A stretch of 64,000 nucleotides of DNA from Bacteroidota bacterium (GCA_026391075.1 JAPLES010000018.1:229-64228); one strand, 5' to 3'; shown: positions 37,962 to 48,360, counted from the first letter of the stretch. The notes: a model not told the origin generated them from the letters alone. Numbers and translations are program-made.

Positions 37962-37972
37962 AATCAAAACAG

Positions 37973-38821
37973 ATGGCATTCAAACTTTCAGAAAAGCATC
38001 CTAAGAAAAGAGCATTCATTACCGGAACTGGTGGCGGGTTAGGCCGAGGTTTAAGTTTAGCATTAGCAAAAGATGGCTGGACGATCGGCATAACCGATTT
38101 GAAAGAAGAAGCATTAACCGAATCAAAAAAACTGATTGAAGAAGCAGGCGGCAAAGCGCACACTTATCAATTCGATGTTTCGAAAAAAGAAGATTACAAA
38201 AAAGCATTTGACGATTATGTTTCGAAAGTTGGAGGTTTAGACTTGCTCATCAATAACGCAGGTGTAGGCGATGGAGGTTTGTTTGGCGATTATGCTTTAG
38301 AAAACTGGGAATGGATTACAGGCATCAATCAAATGGCTGCCATTTACGGTTCGCACTTTGCTGTGCCGGTAATGAAAAATCAAAAGAGCGGTCATATCAT
38401 TTCTATTGCCAGTGCTGCAGGACTTGCGAACATGCCTAACATGAGTATGTATAATGTAACCAAGGCGGCTGTAATTTCATTGATGGAAACTTTGTATGCC
38501 GAGTTGTGGGGATTTGGAATAGACACGAGTGTGGTTTGTCCAACTTTTTTCCGCAGCAATATTATGCAACATCACCGTGGCGATAAGGATGCAAAAAAGA
38601 TTGGAGAGATAATTATTCAGCGTGCTAAATATTCGGCAGATGAAATTGCTGATTACATTTTAACGCAGGCGGGGAATAATAAATTCTACATTCTTCATCC
38701 CTGGCAGGCAAAAATGGTTTTTCAATTACGAAGAATTATCCCTATGCTTTTCTTAAAGTATAAAGCAAAACAGTTTGCTAAAAAAGATTGGGTGAAGCAG
38801 GCGCAGGCAATGAAGTTCTAA
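37973..38821 (+). CDS. SDR-family oxidoreductase
   Basis: ITGTGGGLG, NNAG and YNVTKAA. Confidence 0.85.
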   Translation: MAFKLSEKHPKKRAFITGTGGGLGRGLSLALAKDGWTIGITDLKEEALTESKKLIEEAGGKAHTYQFDVSKKEDYKKAFDDYVSKVGGLDLLINNAGVGDGGLFGDYALENWEWITGINQMAAIYGSHFAVPVMKNQKSGHIISIASAAGLANMPNMSMYNVTKAAVISLMETLYAELWGFGIDTSVVCPTFFRSNIMQHHRGDKDAKKIGEIIIQRAKYSADEIADYILTQAGNNKFYILHPWQAKMVFQLRRIIPMLFLKYKAKQFAKKDWVKQAQAMKF

Positions 38822-39735
38822 AAAATCATTTCAAATAACTGCTCGCGGTTTGCCCGTTCGCTCAATGCTTTTTTGATTTCTGCGGCACAGTATTTCACAC
38901 CGACTAATGCTTTTGCAAGTTGTATATCGTGGTTATGCGCGAATTGCAATTCGGTAATAATTCCATCTTCTACATTAATTATCATTTCGTTTTTCGTAAC
39001 TTTTGTTTGAGGGCTTCTTCCGTAAACCCATTCGAACGATTCGAATTTTGCAGTGGCCGATTGTTCAATTGCATTCCACTGTGTTTTGTTAAAATTAAAA
39101 ACACTTTCGGATTTTGCGAAAATTGAAATTAAATTTTTTAATTCCTCGGTAGTAGAAACACCTTTTACAAAAGGATGAATGTTTGCAACGCTACTGCGAA
39201 CAGATTTTGGCGCTTTTGTAAAAACGGGAAACTCATTTTCTTTCAGAGAATTGCGCAGCAAATCTAAATCGGCATTAAAAAGTAAAGTGCCGTGACTGAT
39301 TAAATTCTTTCTATCGGTGAATTGTGCATTCCCTGAAATTTTTTTGCCGTTACAAAGAATATTATTCCGCGCATCCATAGTTGTTTCCACTCCTGCCTGC
39401 AACAATGCATCTACAATTAACTGGTTGAAAATTTTGTAGTTGTTTATCTTTTCATTGGCGAATGATGTAATAAAAGCAAAGTTCAAATTGCCTTTGTCTT
39501 GGTAAACCGTTCCTCCTCCCGAAATTCTTCTGCAAAGTTTTAGTTGATTGTTTTGCAGGAAACGAAAATTCACTTCGTGATAAATACTTTGGTTTTTACC
39601 GAGGACAATACAAGGTTCGTTAATGTATAGAATAAGATAATCGTTAGTGCTACAGTCCGCATGACGAACGAGATATTCTTCAATAGCAAGATTGATGGAT
39701 GGATCTGTAACGTTTCGATTATCAACGAGAATCAT
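38818..39735 (-). CDS. lplA: lipoate-protein ligase (LplA family)
   Basis: NLAIEEYL, VLGKNQS, RRISGGGTVYQDKGNLNF and GKKISGNAQ. Its stop overlaps the convergent SDR stop by 4 nt. Confidence 0.85.
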   Translation of the reverse strand: MILVDNRNVTDPSINLAIEEYLVRHADCSTNDYLILYINEPCIVLGKNQSIYHEVNFRFLQNNQLKLCRRISGGGTVYQDKGNLNFAFITSFANEKINNYKIFNQLIVDALLQAGVETTMDARNNILCNGKKISGNAQFTDRKNLISHGTLLFNADLDLLRNSLKENEFPVFTKAPKSVRSSVANIHPFVKGVSTTEELKNLISIFAKSESVFNFNKTQWNAIEQSATAKFESFEWVYGRSPQTKVTKNEMIINVEDGIITELQFAHNHDIQLAKALVGVKYCAAEIKKALSERANREQLFEMIF

Positions 39736-39756
39736 GAACGTGAAGATGAAAGAATT

Positions 39757-40704
39757 TTACAGTTCGCCTCTGCGTAACGCTCTGCGTTCCTTCTTGGCTT
39801 CAATCAATCTTTCTAAAGGAACAGTACCTGAACGATAGTAAAGATAGATGAACAGAATGCTGAATGAATTGAATAAATGCCAAAGCGCATGTCCTTGAAA
39901 AATACTTTCGGGGCTGCACGCTACATTCGTACGATCAAGAATCCAAATAGTGCTCGACACTACTAAAATGGCGAATGCTGCCCACATGTAATTAGTGAAG
40001 TAATGCTCTTTGCTTACAAAAAACAGGTAGTAACAACTCGTGATAAAAACAATTACCAAAAGCAGTGGAAAGAGCAGATTAATGTTGATTATATAGAGCG
40101 TTGAATAGATAAAATAGTTGATGCCCACTGCAACTGCTACCATGAGTGCGTGTGAACTTCTATACGTACCACCCAAACGTATGAGAGGAAATATTTTATA
40201 CAGATTGAAAGTAATCATCATCACCACCACAGCGCACATACTGGTTTGGTCGAGCTTTTGAAAAAACATTGTAAGCGATGCGTGATACATAAAACTGCCA
40301 ATGAAAAGATAGATTGCCGACAGGCCAAAAAGAATAGAAAACACCGGATAGCGCACTAAAAAATTATCACTCTGTTTGCGTTCAGAATATTTTAAATCTT
40401 GAATACCCAACGTGAGCGTAAACAAACCCACCACTAAAAAACCAAGATTACTCCAAGTGTTCGATGGCTGACGAATTATTTGATCCATGTGGTCCCGCTC
40501 ACAAAAATGAAAGGTGTTACCTATAGCCGGTTTCCAGTTTTCCCAGGCATCGGTAAACTGGAAAAGATTGTAGTAAAACAACAACGCAGATGTAGTAAGT
40601 AGGAAAAGTGACAACGGAAAAATAAAATTCTTCGGCTCCAGTCTTTCTAAGTAAAGACGAGTGCGAAGGATTTGCCACTTAAAATGAATCCGAAATTTGT
40701 TCAT
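39757..40704 (-). CDS. alkaline ceramidase family (CREST superfamily) membrane hydrolase homolog
   Basis: Seven TM segments. FCERDHMDQIIRQPSNTWSNLGF, MYHASLTMFFQKLDQTSM and GHALWHLFNSFS line up with the CE..(I/E)..NT.SN, H..L...Q.LDE..M and H..WH blocks of ACER/Ypc1-type ceramidases. Confidence 0.7.
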   Translation of the reverse strand: MNKFRIHFKWQILRTRLYLERLEPKNFIFPLSLFLLTTSALLFYYNLFQFTDAWENWKPAIGNTFHFCERDHMDQIIRQPSNTWSNLGFLVVGLFTLTLGIQDLKYSERKQSDNFLVRYPVFSILFGLSAIYLFIGSFMYHASLTMFFQKLDQTSMCAVVVMMITFNLYKIFPLIRLGGTYRSSHALMVAVAVGINYFIYSTLYIININLLFPLLLVIVFITSCYYLFFVSKEHYFTNYMWAAFAILVVSSTIWILDRTNVACSPESIFQGHALWHLFNSFSILFIYLYYRSGTVPLERLIEAKKERRALRRGEL

Positions 40705-40858
40705 AGTGCTGATAAAGGTTTACATGGTTGGTGCCTATATGTTTCGCCTAAGTAGACGAATGAAACAAGAAAAATATTGTAAGAAACCCACTCTAAATTA
40801 TACGACATGAAGAACAGCGTGCATTTTGACTTTCATGAGAAACGATTAGGTTTGAAAC

Positions 40859-41725
40859 GTGAACAACAATCACGTCAATATTATCGAATGTCCGCGCGAT
40901 GCCATGCAAGGCATTCAGCAATTCATACACACTTCCGATAAAATTTCGTACCTCAACAAACTGCTTCGCGTGGGGTATCATTCCATTGACTTTGGAAGTT
41001 TTGTTTCGCACGAGCTAATTCCTCAAATGGCGGACACAGCTAAGGTGATTCAATCGTTAGATTTATCTGAAACAAAAACTAAACTAATTGCAATTGTTGC
41101 AAACGAGCGAGGAGCTAAAGAAGCGTGTGAGTTTACGACAATAGATTGTCTTGGTTTTCCTTTTTCGATTTCCGAAACTTTTCAATTGCGCAATGCAAAT
41201 TCTACGATAGAGGCTTCGCTTGAAAGGCTGAAACATATTCGCCAGCTAACTGCCAATCACAACAAAGAATTAATCATTTATATCAGTATGGGATTTGGAA
41301 ACCCGTATGGCGATGCTTACAGTCCTGAAATTGTAGAGCAGTGGGTGGAAAAACTTTCTTTGCTTGATGTAAAAACTTTGATGCTAAGCGATACTGTTGG
41401 AGTGGCTGAGCCAAAAATTATTGAACATCTTTTTTCAACGCTTATTCCTGCTTTTCCAGAATTGGAAATTGGAGCTCACTTACATACTGCGCCACATAAT
41501 TGGAAAATAAAAGTGGAAGCAGCTTACAAAAACGGTTGCAGAAGATTTGATTCTGCTATTAAAGGATATGGCGGTTGCCCAATGGCAAAAGACGAATTGA
41601 TTGGTAATATGCCAACCGAAAATCTGTTGAATTACTTTTCGCCCGAACAATTAGGAACTGATTTTAAGCTCGATGCTTTTGAAGATGCGCTACGCGAAGC
41701 GGTGCGAATTTTTCCTTCGCCCTAA
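40859..41725 (+). CDS. hydroxymethylglutaryl-CoA lyase (GTG start)
   Basis: IIECPRDAMQG, DFGSFVS, SDTVG and GAHLH. 288 aa. Confidence 0.88.
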   Translation: MNNNHVNIIECPRDAMQGIQQFIHTSDKISYLNKLLRVGYHSIDFGSFVSHELIPQMADTAKVIQSLDLSETKTKLIAIVANERGAKEACEFTTIDCLGFPFSISETFQLRNANSTIEASLERLKHIRQLTANHNKELIIYISMGFGNPYGDAYSPEIVEQWVEKLSLLDVKTLMLSDTVGVAEPKIIEHLFSTLIPAFPELEIGAHLHTAPHNWKIKVEAAYKNGCRRFDSAIKGYGGCPMAKDELIGNMPTENLLNYFSPEQLGTDFKLDAFEDALREAVRIFPSP

Positions 41726-41728
41726 ACA

Positions 41729-43327
41729 TTACTCCTTTTGCACCCGCAATGATTTACGGTGCCGATTAACCGTAATTACACAGTTGTAAATTCCTTTTGA
41801 AAGCGGTTGTAAATCCAAAACAAGTTTTTGTTTTCCTGCATCGAAAGTTTTGTTGCAAACATTTTGCACTAAGCTTCCTTTGATATCAAGCAATTCAATT
41901 TTTACAAGTTCCGGTTTCTTTAATTCAAATTCCAATTGCGTTTTTTCGTTTGTCGGATTTGGATAACACAAAAAATTCAGCACCTCATTATTTATCTCTG
42001 AAAGCACTGTTGTAGTATCCTGTATGGTGTCTAAATAAACTTCAAACACACGCGGGCTGGCAAAGCTTTGCGCATTAGGATTATTATCGGCAATATTTAA
42101 ATCCATGCTTTCGATACCACCAACTATATAGCCAATTCGCTGATGGTGCGCCAATGAATTAAGGTCAACAAAATGTTTCTTATACATGGGCACTTGGAGG
42201 TCGTAGAAAAAATAAGCATTGGTTCCGAGTAGTGCAGGCATTCGTATGCTTGCGTTAATTTCATGATACGCAAAATCAAAATCGCGCACTACATCGCTAA
42301 CCGTTCGTACAAAAGGAACAAGTGAATCGCGCACAGTTTGTTGCGTAAGCGTATCGACATAATACATGCTCAATCCGCCAAAAAATAGATGATGCTGCAA
42401 CAATCCGCTTGAATCATACATAGCGCAAACTGCGCTATGATACTGACTGAGGTTCTGATTAAAATCACTGCGAACAATTACAGTGTCTTTAAAAATTTCG
42501 ACAGCTGTAAGGTACGGTTGATTAACGTGTGGCTGAAAAACTCCGCTATAAGCAATCAATCCTTCGCCACGGTACAAATCGTACATTGGAATTAAATTAA
42601 AATCTCTCCGTCTAAAATTTGTGGTGTCGCGAAGCGCGGAATAATTAGTGATGGAAAAATTTGTTCCATCATCTGCAATTTGAAATTTGCGAATCTCATA
42701 GCTGTAGGTTTGCCGAGCTATGGCAAGTACGGTATCGGTTCTATCGTAATGCCCATCGTAACGATGACCAAAAACGAGATAGTACGTGGAGTCCATTTTT
42801 TGCAAATGCGCTCCGCAAATTGCAAGCGAGGAATCTGTTAGTTGTCGAAAATAATTTTCAATTGGCAAAGAATTTATAACGGCATTCATCAATCCTTTCA
42901 TGTTGATGGCTGTAAGCGTAGGAAAAGTTATGAAGTCTCCATTGTTTTCGTTCCAACCGTAACCACCTACCATGTAAAGCATAGAATCGTTCAAATAAAA
43001 TTCCATGTTCGATGTTGTAATGGCTTCGCGAATACTATCGGGTAAAACATGTGTAGATGCAGACCATTGTTGATTCACCACCGGATCCACAATAAAAATA
43101 CTATCGTTAATTCCGGCTTCAGGAAAACCTGATGGAGGCAAAAAACCGTGAAGACCGTTTTTTCTTCCGCCAATAAAAAACCATTTATTGTTGTATTCAC
43201 CAAAAGTTCCTGAGTGTACTAATGGGGTTGCGGTGATGGTTGCCGGTTCCAACCGCAATGTAAAATTCTGATACGCAAAAAGTTTTGCGCTTATCATAAG
43301 TATCGCAATCACAACTATTTTTTTCAT
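41729..43327 (-). CDS. secreted beta-propeller-like protein with T9SS type-A sorting domain
   Basis: Start preferred at MKKIVVIAILMISAKLFA. Recurrent GG(R/Y) motifs suggest Kelch-like blades. The C-terminus reads CYPNPTNEKTQLEF..GIYNCVITV. Confidence 0.7.
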   Translation of the reverse strand: MKKIVVIAILMISAKLFAYQNFTLRLEPATITATPLVHSGTFGEYNNKWFFIGGRKNGLHGFLPPSGFPEAGINDSIFIVDPVVNQQWSASTHVLPDSIREAITTSNMEFYLNDSMLYMVGGYGWNENNGDFITFPTLTAINMKGLMNAVINSLPIENYFRQLTDSSLAICGAHLQKMDSTYYLVFGHRYDGHYDRTDTVLAIARQTYSYEIRKFQIADDGTNFSITNYSALRDTTNFRRRDFNLIPMYDLYRGEGLIAYSGVFQPHVNQPYLTAVEIFKDTVIVRSDFNQNLSQYHSAVCAMYDSSGLLQHHLFFGGLSMYYVDTLTQQTVRDSLVPFVRTVSDVVRDFDFAYHEINASIRMPALLGTNAYFFYDLQVPMYKKHFVDLNSLAHHQRIGYIVGGIESMDLNIADNNPNAQSFASPRVFEVYLDTIQDTTTVLSEINNEVLNFLCYPNPTNEKTQLEFELKKPELVKIELLDIKGSLVQNVCNKTFDAGKQKLVLDLQPLSKGIYNCVITVNRHRKSLRVQKE

Positions 43328-43346
43328 TTTTAAAGGGTTGAACTTT

Positions 43347-43862
43347 TTAGTTGGTTTCAAAAAGTTTTTTGAACTCTTTGGTTTCGTGTGTTTTCATTCT
43401 TCCACCTAAAACCAAACGCAGCTCTCTTCGTGCTAAAGCTGAATCGAACATTTTTTTTTCGACATCTGTTTCAGGAATAAGTGCATGGCTTTTTTTCGGT
43501 TTGCCATTGCTGTCAAGCGCCACAAAAGTGTAATAGGCTTCGTTGCATTTGTATCGTGTTTGCGAGGGTAGATTTTCTGCCCACACTTCAATATGAGTTT
43601 CCATAGAAGTATTAAACACACGCGTAACTTTTGCTGTTATGGTAACTACATCGCCCAGTTTAATTGGATTTTCAAACGAAACATTATCTACCGAAGCAGT
43701 AACCACCACTGCATTGGAATGTTTACCAGCCGCAATAGCCGAAGCTATATCCATCCAGTGCAAAATTTTTCCACCACGCAAATTGCCGAGTGCGTTTGTG
43801 TCGTTCGGCAAAACAATTTCAGTCATGATGACTGTAGAATCCTTCGGTGTTTTTTCAATCAT
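43347..43862 (-). CDS. acyl-CoA thioesterase (hotdog fold, YciA/ACOT-like)
   Basis: VLPNDTNALGNLRGGKILHWMD. Confidence 0.85.
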   Translation of the reverse strand: MIEKTPKDSTVIMTEIVLPNDTNALGNLRGGKILHWMDIASAIAAGKHSNAVVVTASVDNVSFENPIKLGDVVTITAKVTRVFNTSMETHIEVWAENLPSQTRYKCNEAYYTFVALDSNGKPKKSHALIPETDVEKKMFDSALARRELRLVLGGRMKTHETKEFKKLFETN

Positions 43863-43865
43863 AGT

Positions 43866-45686
43866 TTATTCTTTCTTGTTTCCATAGTGAAATTCGTAAA
43901 GCGAAATATGCTTTCGCATTTTTTCTAAGGTTACTGTACATTTTAAATTCGCAATAGCTTCTTCGCGGTTTGCCGAAGTAAATTTCATACTGGTTCCTGA
44001 TAATCGTTCAGGGGCAATGCCCTGATCGTAAAAATATTTGATAAGTTTCATGGCGCGCATCATTTCGGGCCGCAGGTAACCTTTCTTAATAAATTCAGGC
44101 ATGGCGCGACTGAAGGTTGGTATAGAATCAATAAATGTTTTGATTGAGTCATCAAATACTTTATTGAATTCTCCTTCATCGGCAAAACCATTTATCTGCA
44201 AATTTACATCCTCATTAATGCGAAGCCATTGTAATAAATTTCGAAGTTTTATGGAGTCCTCTTTCGATTCAACATCGGTAATGTTTTGCCGATAGGTAAA
44301 CACATATTGACTCACACTGTCGTTCACATTAGTAAACAATGAATCCACTTTTAAGTCTTGTCTATCCTGCGGGCTAACAAGTAAACCTGTAACATGCGGG
44401 TTTTGATTCAGGTAGAAAATCACAAAGTTTTTCAATTGTTTTTCGCTAATGCCCAACAAACTATCTAACAGTGTTGGAAAATATGTTTCATCATTTCCTG
44501 CCCAATGTTTTACTACCCACTGCGGATAGTCTTTTGATTTTTCTAGGTTTTGATACTCTTTTTTGAACTGCACTTTTCCGCCTGCCATCATAGATTCATT
44601 CACAATAGTCTTTTCCAATCGTTGCAACTCGGTAACCACCATTGAATAAGTGCTAAACCAATTGGTGCGGTCCGGTTGTAGAACTATATGCAACACACCA
44701 TTGAAGTTATTTACTTCATATTGTGCCACCAGTTTTTTGCAATGAAGTTTTGCTGCTTTTACTTGTATAAAATTGTTTTTATCGTTAAGCATAGCACTTA
44801 GCAAATAAGCGCAACGGCTCGACTGCTCATTTGATGCAGTACCGGTAAACTGCCAGCAAATATGAAATTCAGGCGCTGAAGCTGTATCCTCCACAATAAA
44901 CTGTGTAGTGTATAACATGGGTTTAAAGTCCACCACTTTTGTCACTGTTTCTGGGTCAAACTCACTTTTCACCAGTTCTCTAAATGCTGTTTCTAATTGC
45001 GTTTGTAATGTTTCAAGTGTAAAATTTCCTGTTGCAGCAATTAATGTGTTGTTAGGCACGTAATACTTTTTGTAATAGAACCGAACGATTGGTAACGAAA
45101 TATTATCGAACTCGCGGGTGTTGCCAAATACGTTTAACTTTTCAAAATCTGTTCGGTAAATACTTTGCGTTAATCGACCTTCCATATTTTTTCTTGGGTC
45201 TTTTGCAGCTAGTTCCACATCATTAATAATATTTTGCTTTGTATTATTTAGTTCAGCCGAAGTAATAGGTGCGCTAAGTACCGAGTCACGAAACAAATTA
45301 AAACAGGCAGTCAAATTTGCTGCGCTCACTGTAAATTTAAATACGCATCGCTCGGTAGTAGTGTATGCGTTGAACGTTGCGTTTTGAAAAGAAATTGCAC
45401 CTCGATTACTTCGTAAGAACCTAGCTACTTTATCGGCTAAAATATTCTGAACAATAGTTGAAATACCGCTTAGCGAATCTATCTCGTATAAACTTCCGGT
45501 TTTAATAAAAAAACTCAACTCAATTTGCTTGGCGTTAACTTCAGGCATTAAAACAGTGTTCATACCATTGCCAAGTTTCAGGTAAAACAAATCGCCTGTC
45601 TTGGTAGTTTCTGATTGTGCACACACTTGTGCTATAATGGCGAAACTTAGAAGGAGAAAAGCGAAGATTGATTTGAATATTCTCAT
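43866..45686 (-). CDS. secreted M16 (insulinase)-like protein lacking the HxxEH motif, with a possible OmpA-like C-terminal segment
   Basis: Signal peptide. IKTGSLYEIDSLSGISTIVQNIL occupies the position of the M16 G..E......G.AHxxEH block, with TIVQN in place of HxxEH. The C-terminus has INGFADEGE..GIAPERL. Confidence 0.45.
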   Translation of the reverse strand: MRIFKSIFAFLLLSFAIIAQVCAQSETTKTGDLFYLKLGNGMNTVLMPEVNAKQIELSFFIKTGSLYEIDSLSGISTIVQNILADKVARFLRSNRGAISFQNATFNAYTTTERCVFKFTVSAANLTACFNLFRDSVLSAPITSAELNNTKQNIINDVELAAKDPRKNMEGRLTQSIYRTDFEKLNVFGNTREFDNISLPIVRFYYKKYYVPNNTLIAATGNFTLETLQTQLETAFRELVKSEFDPETVTKVVDFKPMLYTTQFIVEDTASAPEFHICWQFTGTASNEQSSRCAYLLSAMLNDKNNFIQVKAAKLHCKKLVAQYEVNNFNGVLHIVLQPDRTNWFSTYSMVVTELQRLEKTIVNESMMAGGKVQFKKEYQNLEKSKDYPQWVVKHWAGNDETYFPTLLDSLLGISEKQLKNFVIFYLNQNPHVTGLLVSPQDRQDLKVDSLFTNVNDSVSQYVFTYRQNITDVESKEDSIKLRNLLQWLRINEDVNLQINGFADEGEFNKVFDDSIKTFIDSIPTFSRAMPEFIKKGYLRPEMMRAMKLIKYFYDQGIAPERLSGTSMKFTSANREEAIANLKCTVTLEKMRKHISLYEFHYGNKKE

Positions 45687-45739
45687 AGTGCGAAAGTTGG
45701 AAATACAATTGTCTCTTTCAAATTTGTTTTTGTGGCTTT

Positions 45740-46969
45740 CTAATCTTGCATAGACTTCATGCGCTGCAAAAATGTTGGATGCGAATAGTGAACAAAAACA
45801 TAAGCGCTATCGGGCTGTAAGTTACCTAAATGTTTTACGGTTAATTTTCGCAGGGCCGAAATCAAATGTGCTGCGCTATATGTTTCCTTTGCATAAGCAT
45901 CAGCTTCATATTCATTTTTGCGGCTGAATAAATTCATAAGCAGACCCGTAATTAATGAAACCGGTGAATACAATAATGAAAAAGTTACCAGCGAAAGATG
46001 AAATGAATTTTGCTTTGCTCCTAACACTTCTGCCATTACATTATTTTCCGCCAGCAATCCAAAAACAAAAAACAAAAAGCCAATTTGAAGAATGGATAAA
46101 ACCATACTTTGTAAAACGTGCTTCTTTTTATAATGCCCTACCTCATGCGCCAGCACAGCGGTAATTTCATCAATGCTCATATCATTAATGAGGTTATCGT
46201 AAAGCACAATATTTTTTTTATGACCAAGTCCGCTGAAAAAAGCATTGGCTTTAGTAGATCGTTTGGAACCATCCATCACTAAAATATTCGTCAACGGAAA
46301 CTGCACCTGTGTCGCATATTTTTCGATAGAAGCGCGTAACGCTCCCGCTTCGAGTGGAACAAGTTTATTAAAAATAGGAAGAAGTACATTGGTATAAAAC
46401 ATCGCTACCAAAATTGAAATAAAAGAAACCAAGAACCAACCTGCCAGCCAAAAAATATGACCAAGTAAACCAAAAAGAAAGGTGAGCAACGCTAAAATTC
46501 CTCCGCCAACTACAATACTCAACGCGAGCATTTTTACTTTATCGGTTACATAAAGCAATTGGGTTGTTTTGTTGAAACCATATTTTTCTTCAATCACAAA
46601 AGTTTCATACCATTCAAAAGGCAATGAAATAATTGCAGAAGCGAGTGAAAGCATACCGAAGAAAAACAAACACTGCAGTATAGGCGAAGTGGTATATGAA
46701 CGAACCAAATCATCGGCCCATGCAAAACCTTTGAAGTATAAAAAACCGATGGTAATGACCAGCGAAAGTGTGGCCGAAATAGTTCCTACTTTATTATTGA
46801 TAACCGCATAGTCGCGTGCTTTTTTGTATTCGGTAGCATCATATAAATCTTTTACTTCTGCCGGTAAAGGCTTGTCCCATGTTTTCATATTCAACCAAGA
46901 CAATGTTTTGGTAAGTACAAATTCGAACAGAATAAAAGCAATAACAAGGTAAAGAAGAGTAGTCGCCAT
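45740..46969 (-). CDS. M48-family (Ste24/HtpX-like) zinc metalloprotease
   Basis: Polytopic membrane protein with LAHEVGHYKKKH (HExxH) and a downstream EYEADAYA. Start at MATTLLYL (46969) is preferred; 47005 is possible. Confidence 0.85.
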   Translation of the reverse strand: MATTLLYLVIAFILFEFVLTKTLSWLNMKTWDKPLPAEVKDLYDATEYKKARDYAVINNKVGTISATLSLVITIGFLYFKGFAWADDLVRSYTTSPILQCLFFFGMLSLASAIISLPFEWYETFVIEEKYGFNKTTQLLYVTDKVKMLALSIVVGGGILALLTFLFGLLGHIFWLAGWFLVSFISILVAMFYTNVLLPIFNKLVPLEAGALRASIEKYATQVQFPLTNILVMDGSKRSTKANAFFSGLGHKKNIVLYDNLINDMSIDEITAVLAHEVGHYKKKHVLQSMVLSILQIGFLFFVFGLLAENNVMAEVLGAKQNSFHLSLVTFSLLYSPVSLITGLLMNLFSRKNEYEADAYAKETYSAAHLISALRKLTVKHLGNLQPDSAYVFVHYSHPTFLQRMKSMQD

Positions 46970-47073
46970 GAAATAAATTTTAGCGAAAATATTTTTTTGA
47001 AACAATAGATGAGAACCTGCTATGACACATTTAGGAAGTAGACAAAGTTCACTCTAATTTTCTTTGCGCTCGA

Positions 47074-48360
47074 TTAACTAACCGCTTCCATTGCTCTTTT
47101 AAACACCAGACGTTCTCTTTCGGGGCCAGTAGAAATCATGGAAACTTCGGTGCCTAAATATTCTTCAACAAAAGATAGGTAGCCCAAGAACGTTTCGGGC
47201 AAGTCATCGTAATTACTAAACTTGCGTAGATCCGTTTTCCAGCCGCACAGTTTGTGATACACGGGTTCAATAACCGTGTTCGCCATATCGTAAGGAATTT
47301 CGCGACTTGTTGTTCCATCCACTTTATAATCTGTACAGGCTTCAATCACTTCAAAGTCGTTGAGAATATCTGCTTTGGTCATGGCTATTTGAGTAACACC
47401 ATTTATCATAATAGCGTACTTGAGTGCAGGCAAATCAATCCATCCGCATCTGCGCGGGCGGCCTGTGGTAGCACCAAATTCACTTCCTATTTTGCGAATC
47501 AACTCACCTGTGTCATTCAACAATTCGGTAGGAAAAGGACCACTGCCCACGCGTGTGCAGTAAGCCTTTGCAATACCAATTACTTCTTTAATTTTTGTAG
47601 GCGGAATACCCAATCCATTGCAAGCTCCCGAGGTAATGGTATTAGATGAAGTTACGTAAGGATAAGTTCCAAAATCAATGTCGAGCATAGTGCCTTGTGC
47701 GCCTTCTGCCAAAATTGTTTTGCCGTTTGCCAACGCATTGTTCAAATAATATTCTGAATCAATTAAGTTCAACGATTTGATAAAGTCTATAGCTTCGAAC
47801 CAAGTTTTTTCCGATTCATCGAGAGTAAACTCGAAGTCATAAATTTTAAGCAGGTTCAAGTGCTTTTCTTTAATGCGATTGTAAATTGTTTTAAATGCCG
47901 GTGAAATAATATCGCCAATTCGCAAACCGTTACGACCTGTTTTGTCCATGTAAGTAGGAGAAATACCACGCAGCGTAGAGCCAATTTTTTCAACGCCTTT
48001 GGCGGCTTCGCTCGCTGCATCTAAAATTTTGTGTGTGGGCAAAATCAAATGCGCTTTCTTAGAAATAAAAAGGCGCTTATTTACATCCACACCTTTCGCA
48101 TTCAGGTTTTCAATTTCTTTACGAAGTGTAACAGGATCAATCACGACCCCATTGCCAATTACATTCATGGGCCTATCTTGCAAAATTCCCGAAGGCACTG
48201 TATGTAATACAGTTTTTTCTCCATTAATAACTAGTGTGTGCCCAGCGTTAGGTCCACCTTGAAAACGGGCAATAATGTCGTATTTAGGCGCGAGATAATC
48301 AATGATTTTTCCTTTGCCTTCGTCTCCCCATTGAAGACCTAAAAGTATATCTACATGCAT
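47074..48360 (-). CDS. purA: adenylosuccinate synthase
   Basis: GLQWGDEGKGK, GGPNAGHT, GTTGRPRRCGW. Confidence 0.97.
   Translation of the reverse strand: MHVDILLGLQWGDEGKGKIIDYLAPKYDIIARFQGGPNAGHTLVINGEKTVLHTVPSGILQDRPMNVIGNGVVIDPVTLRKEIENLNAKGVDVNKRLFISKKAHLILPTHKILDAASEAAKGVEKIGSTLRGISPTYMDKTGRNGLRIGDIISPAFKTIYNRIKEKHLNLLKIYDFEFTLDESEKTWFEAIDFIKSLNLIDSEYYLNNALANGKTILAEGAQGTMLDIDFGTYPYVTSSNTITSGACNGLGIPPTKIKEVIGIAKAYCTRVGSGPFPTELLNDTGELIRKIGSEFGATTGRPRRCGWIDLPALKYAIMINGVTQIAMTKADILNDFEVIEACTDYKVDGTTSREIPYDMANTVIEPVYHKLCGWKTDLRKFSNYDDLPETFLGYLSFVEEYLGTEVSMISTGPERERLVFKRAMEAVS

Noticed and set aside
38818-38821. A 4-nt overlap of the convergent stop codons of the SDR (plus) and lplA (minus) genes.
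   Set aside because: It is real in the sequence but a common compact-genome arrangement. There is no evidence of functional significance beyond possible transcriptional interference.
43433-43452. Homopolymer tracts inside CDSs as phase-variation sites. Examples are T9 on the plus strand near 43441-43449 within the thioesterase gene, and A9 immediately after the ATG of the CotH-family gene at 25848.
   Set aside because: They encode Lys runs (KKK) that are typical of these AT-rich genomes and of signal-peptide N-regions. Without read-level length variation there is no evidence of switching.
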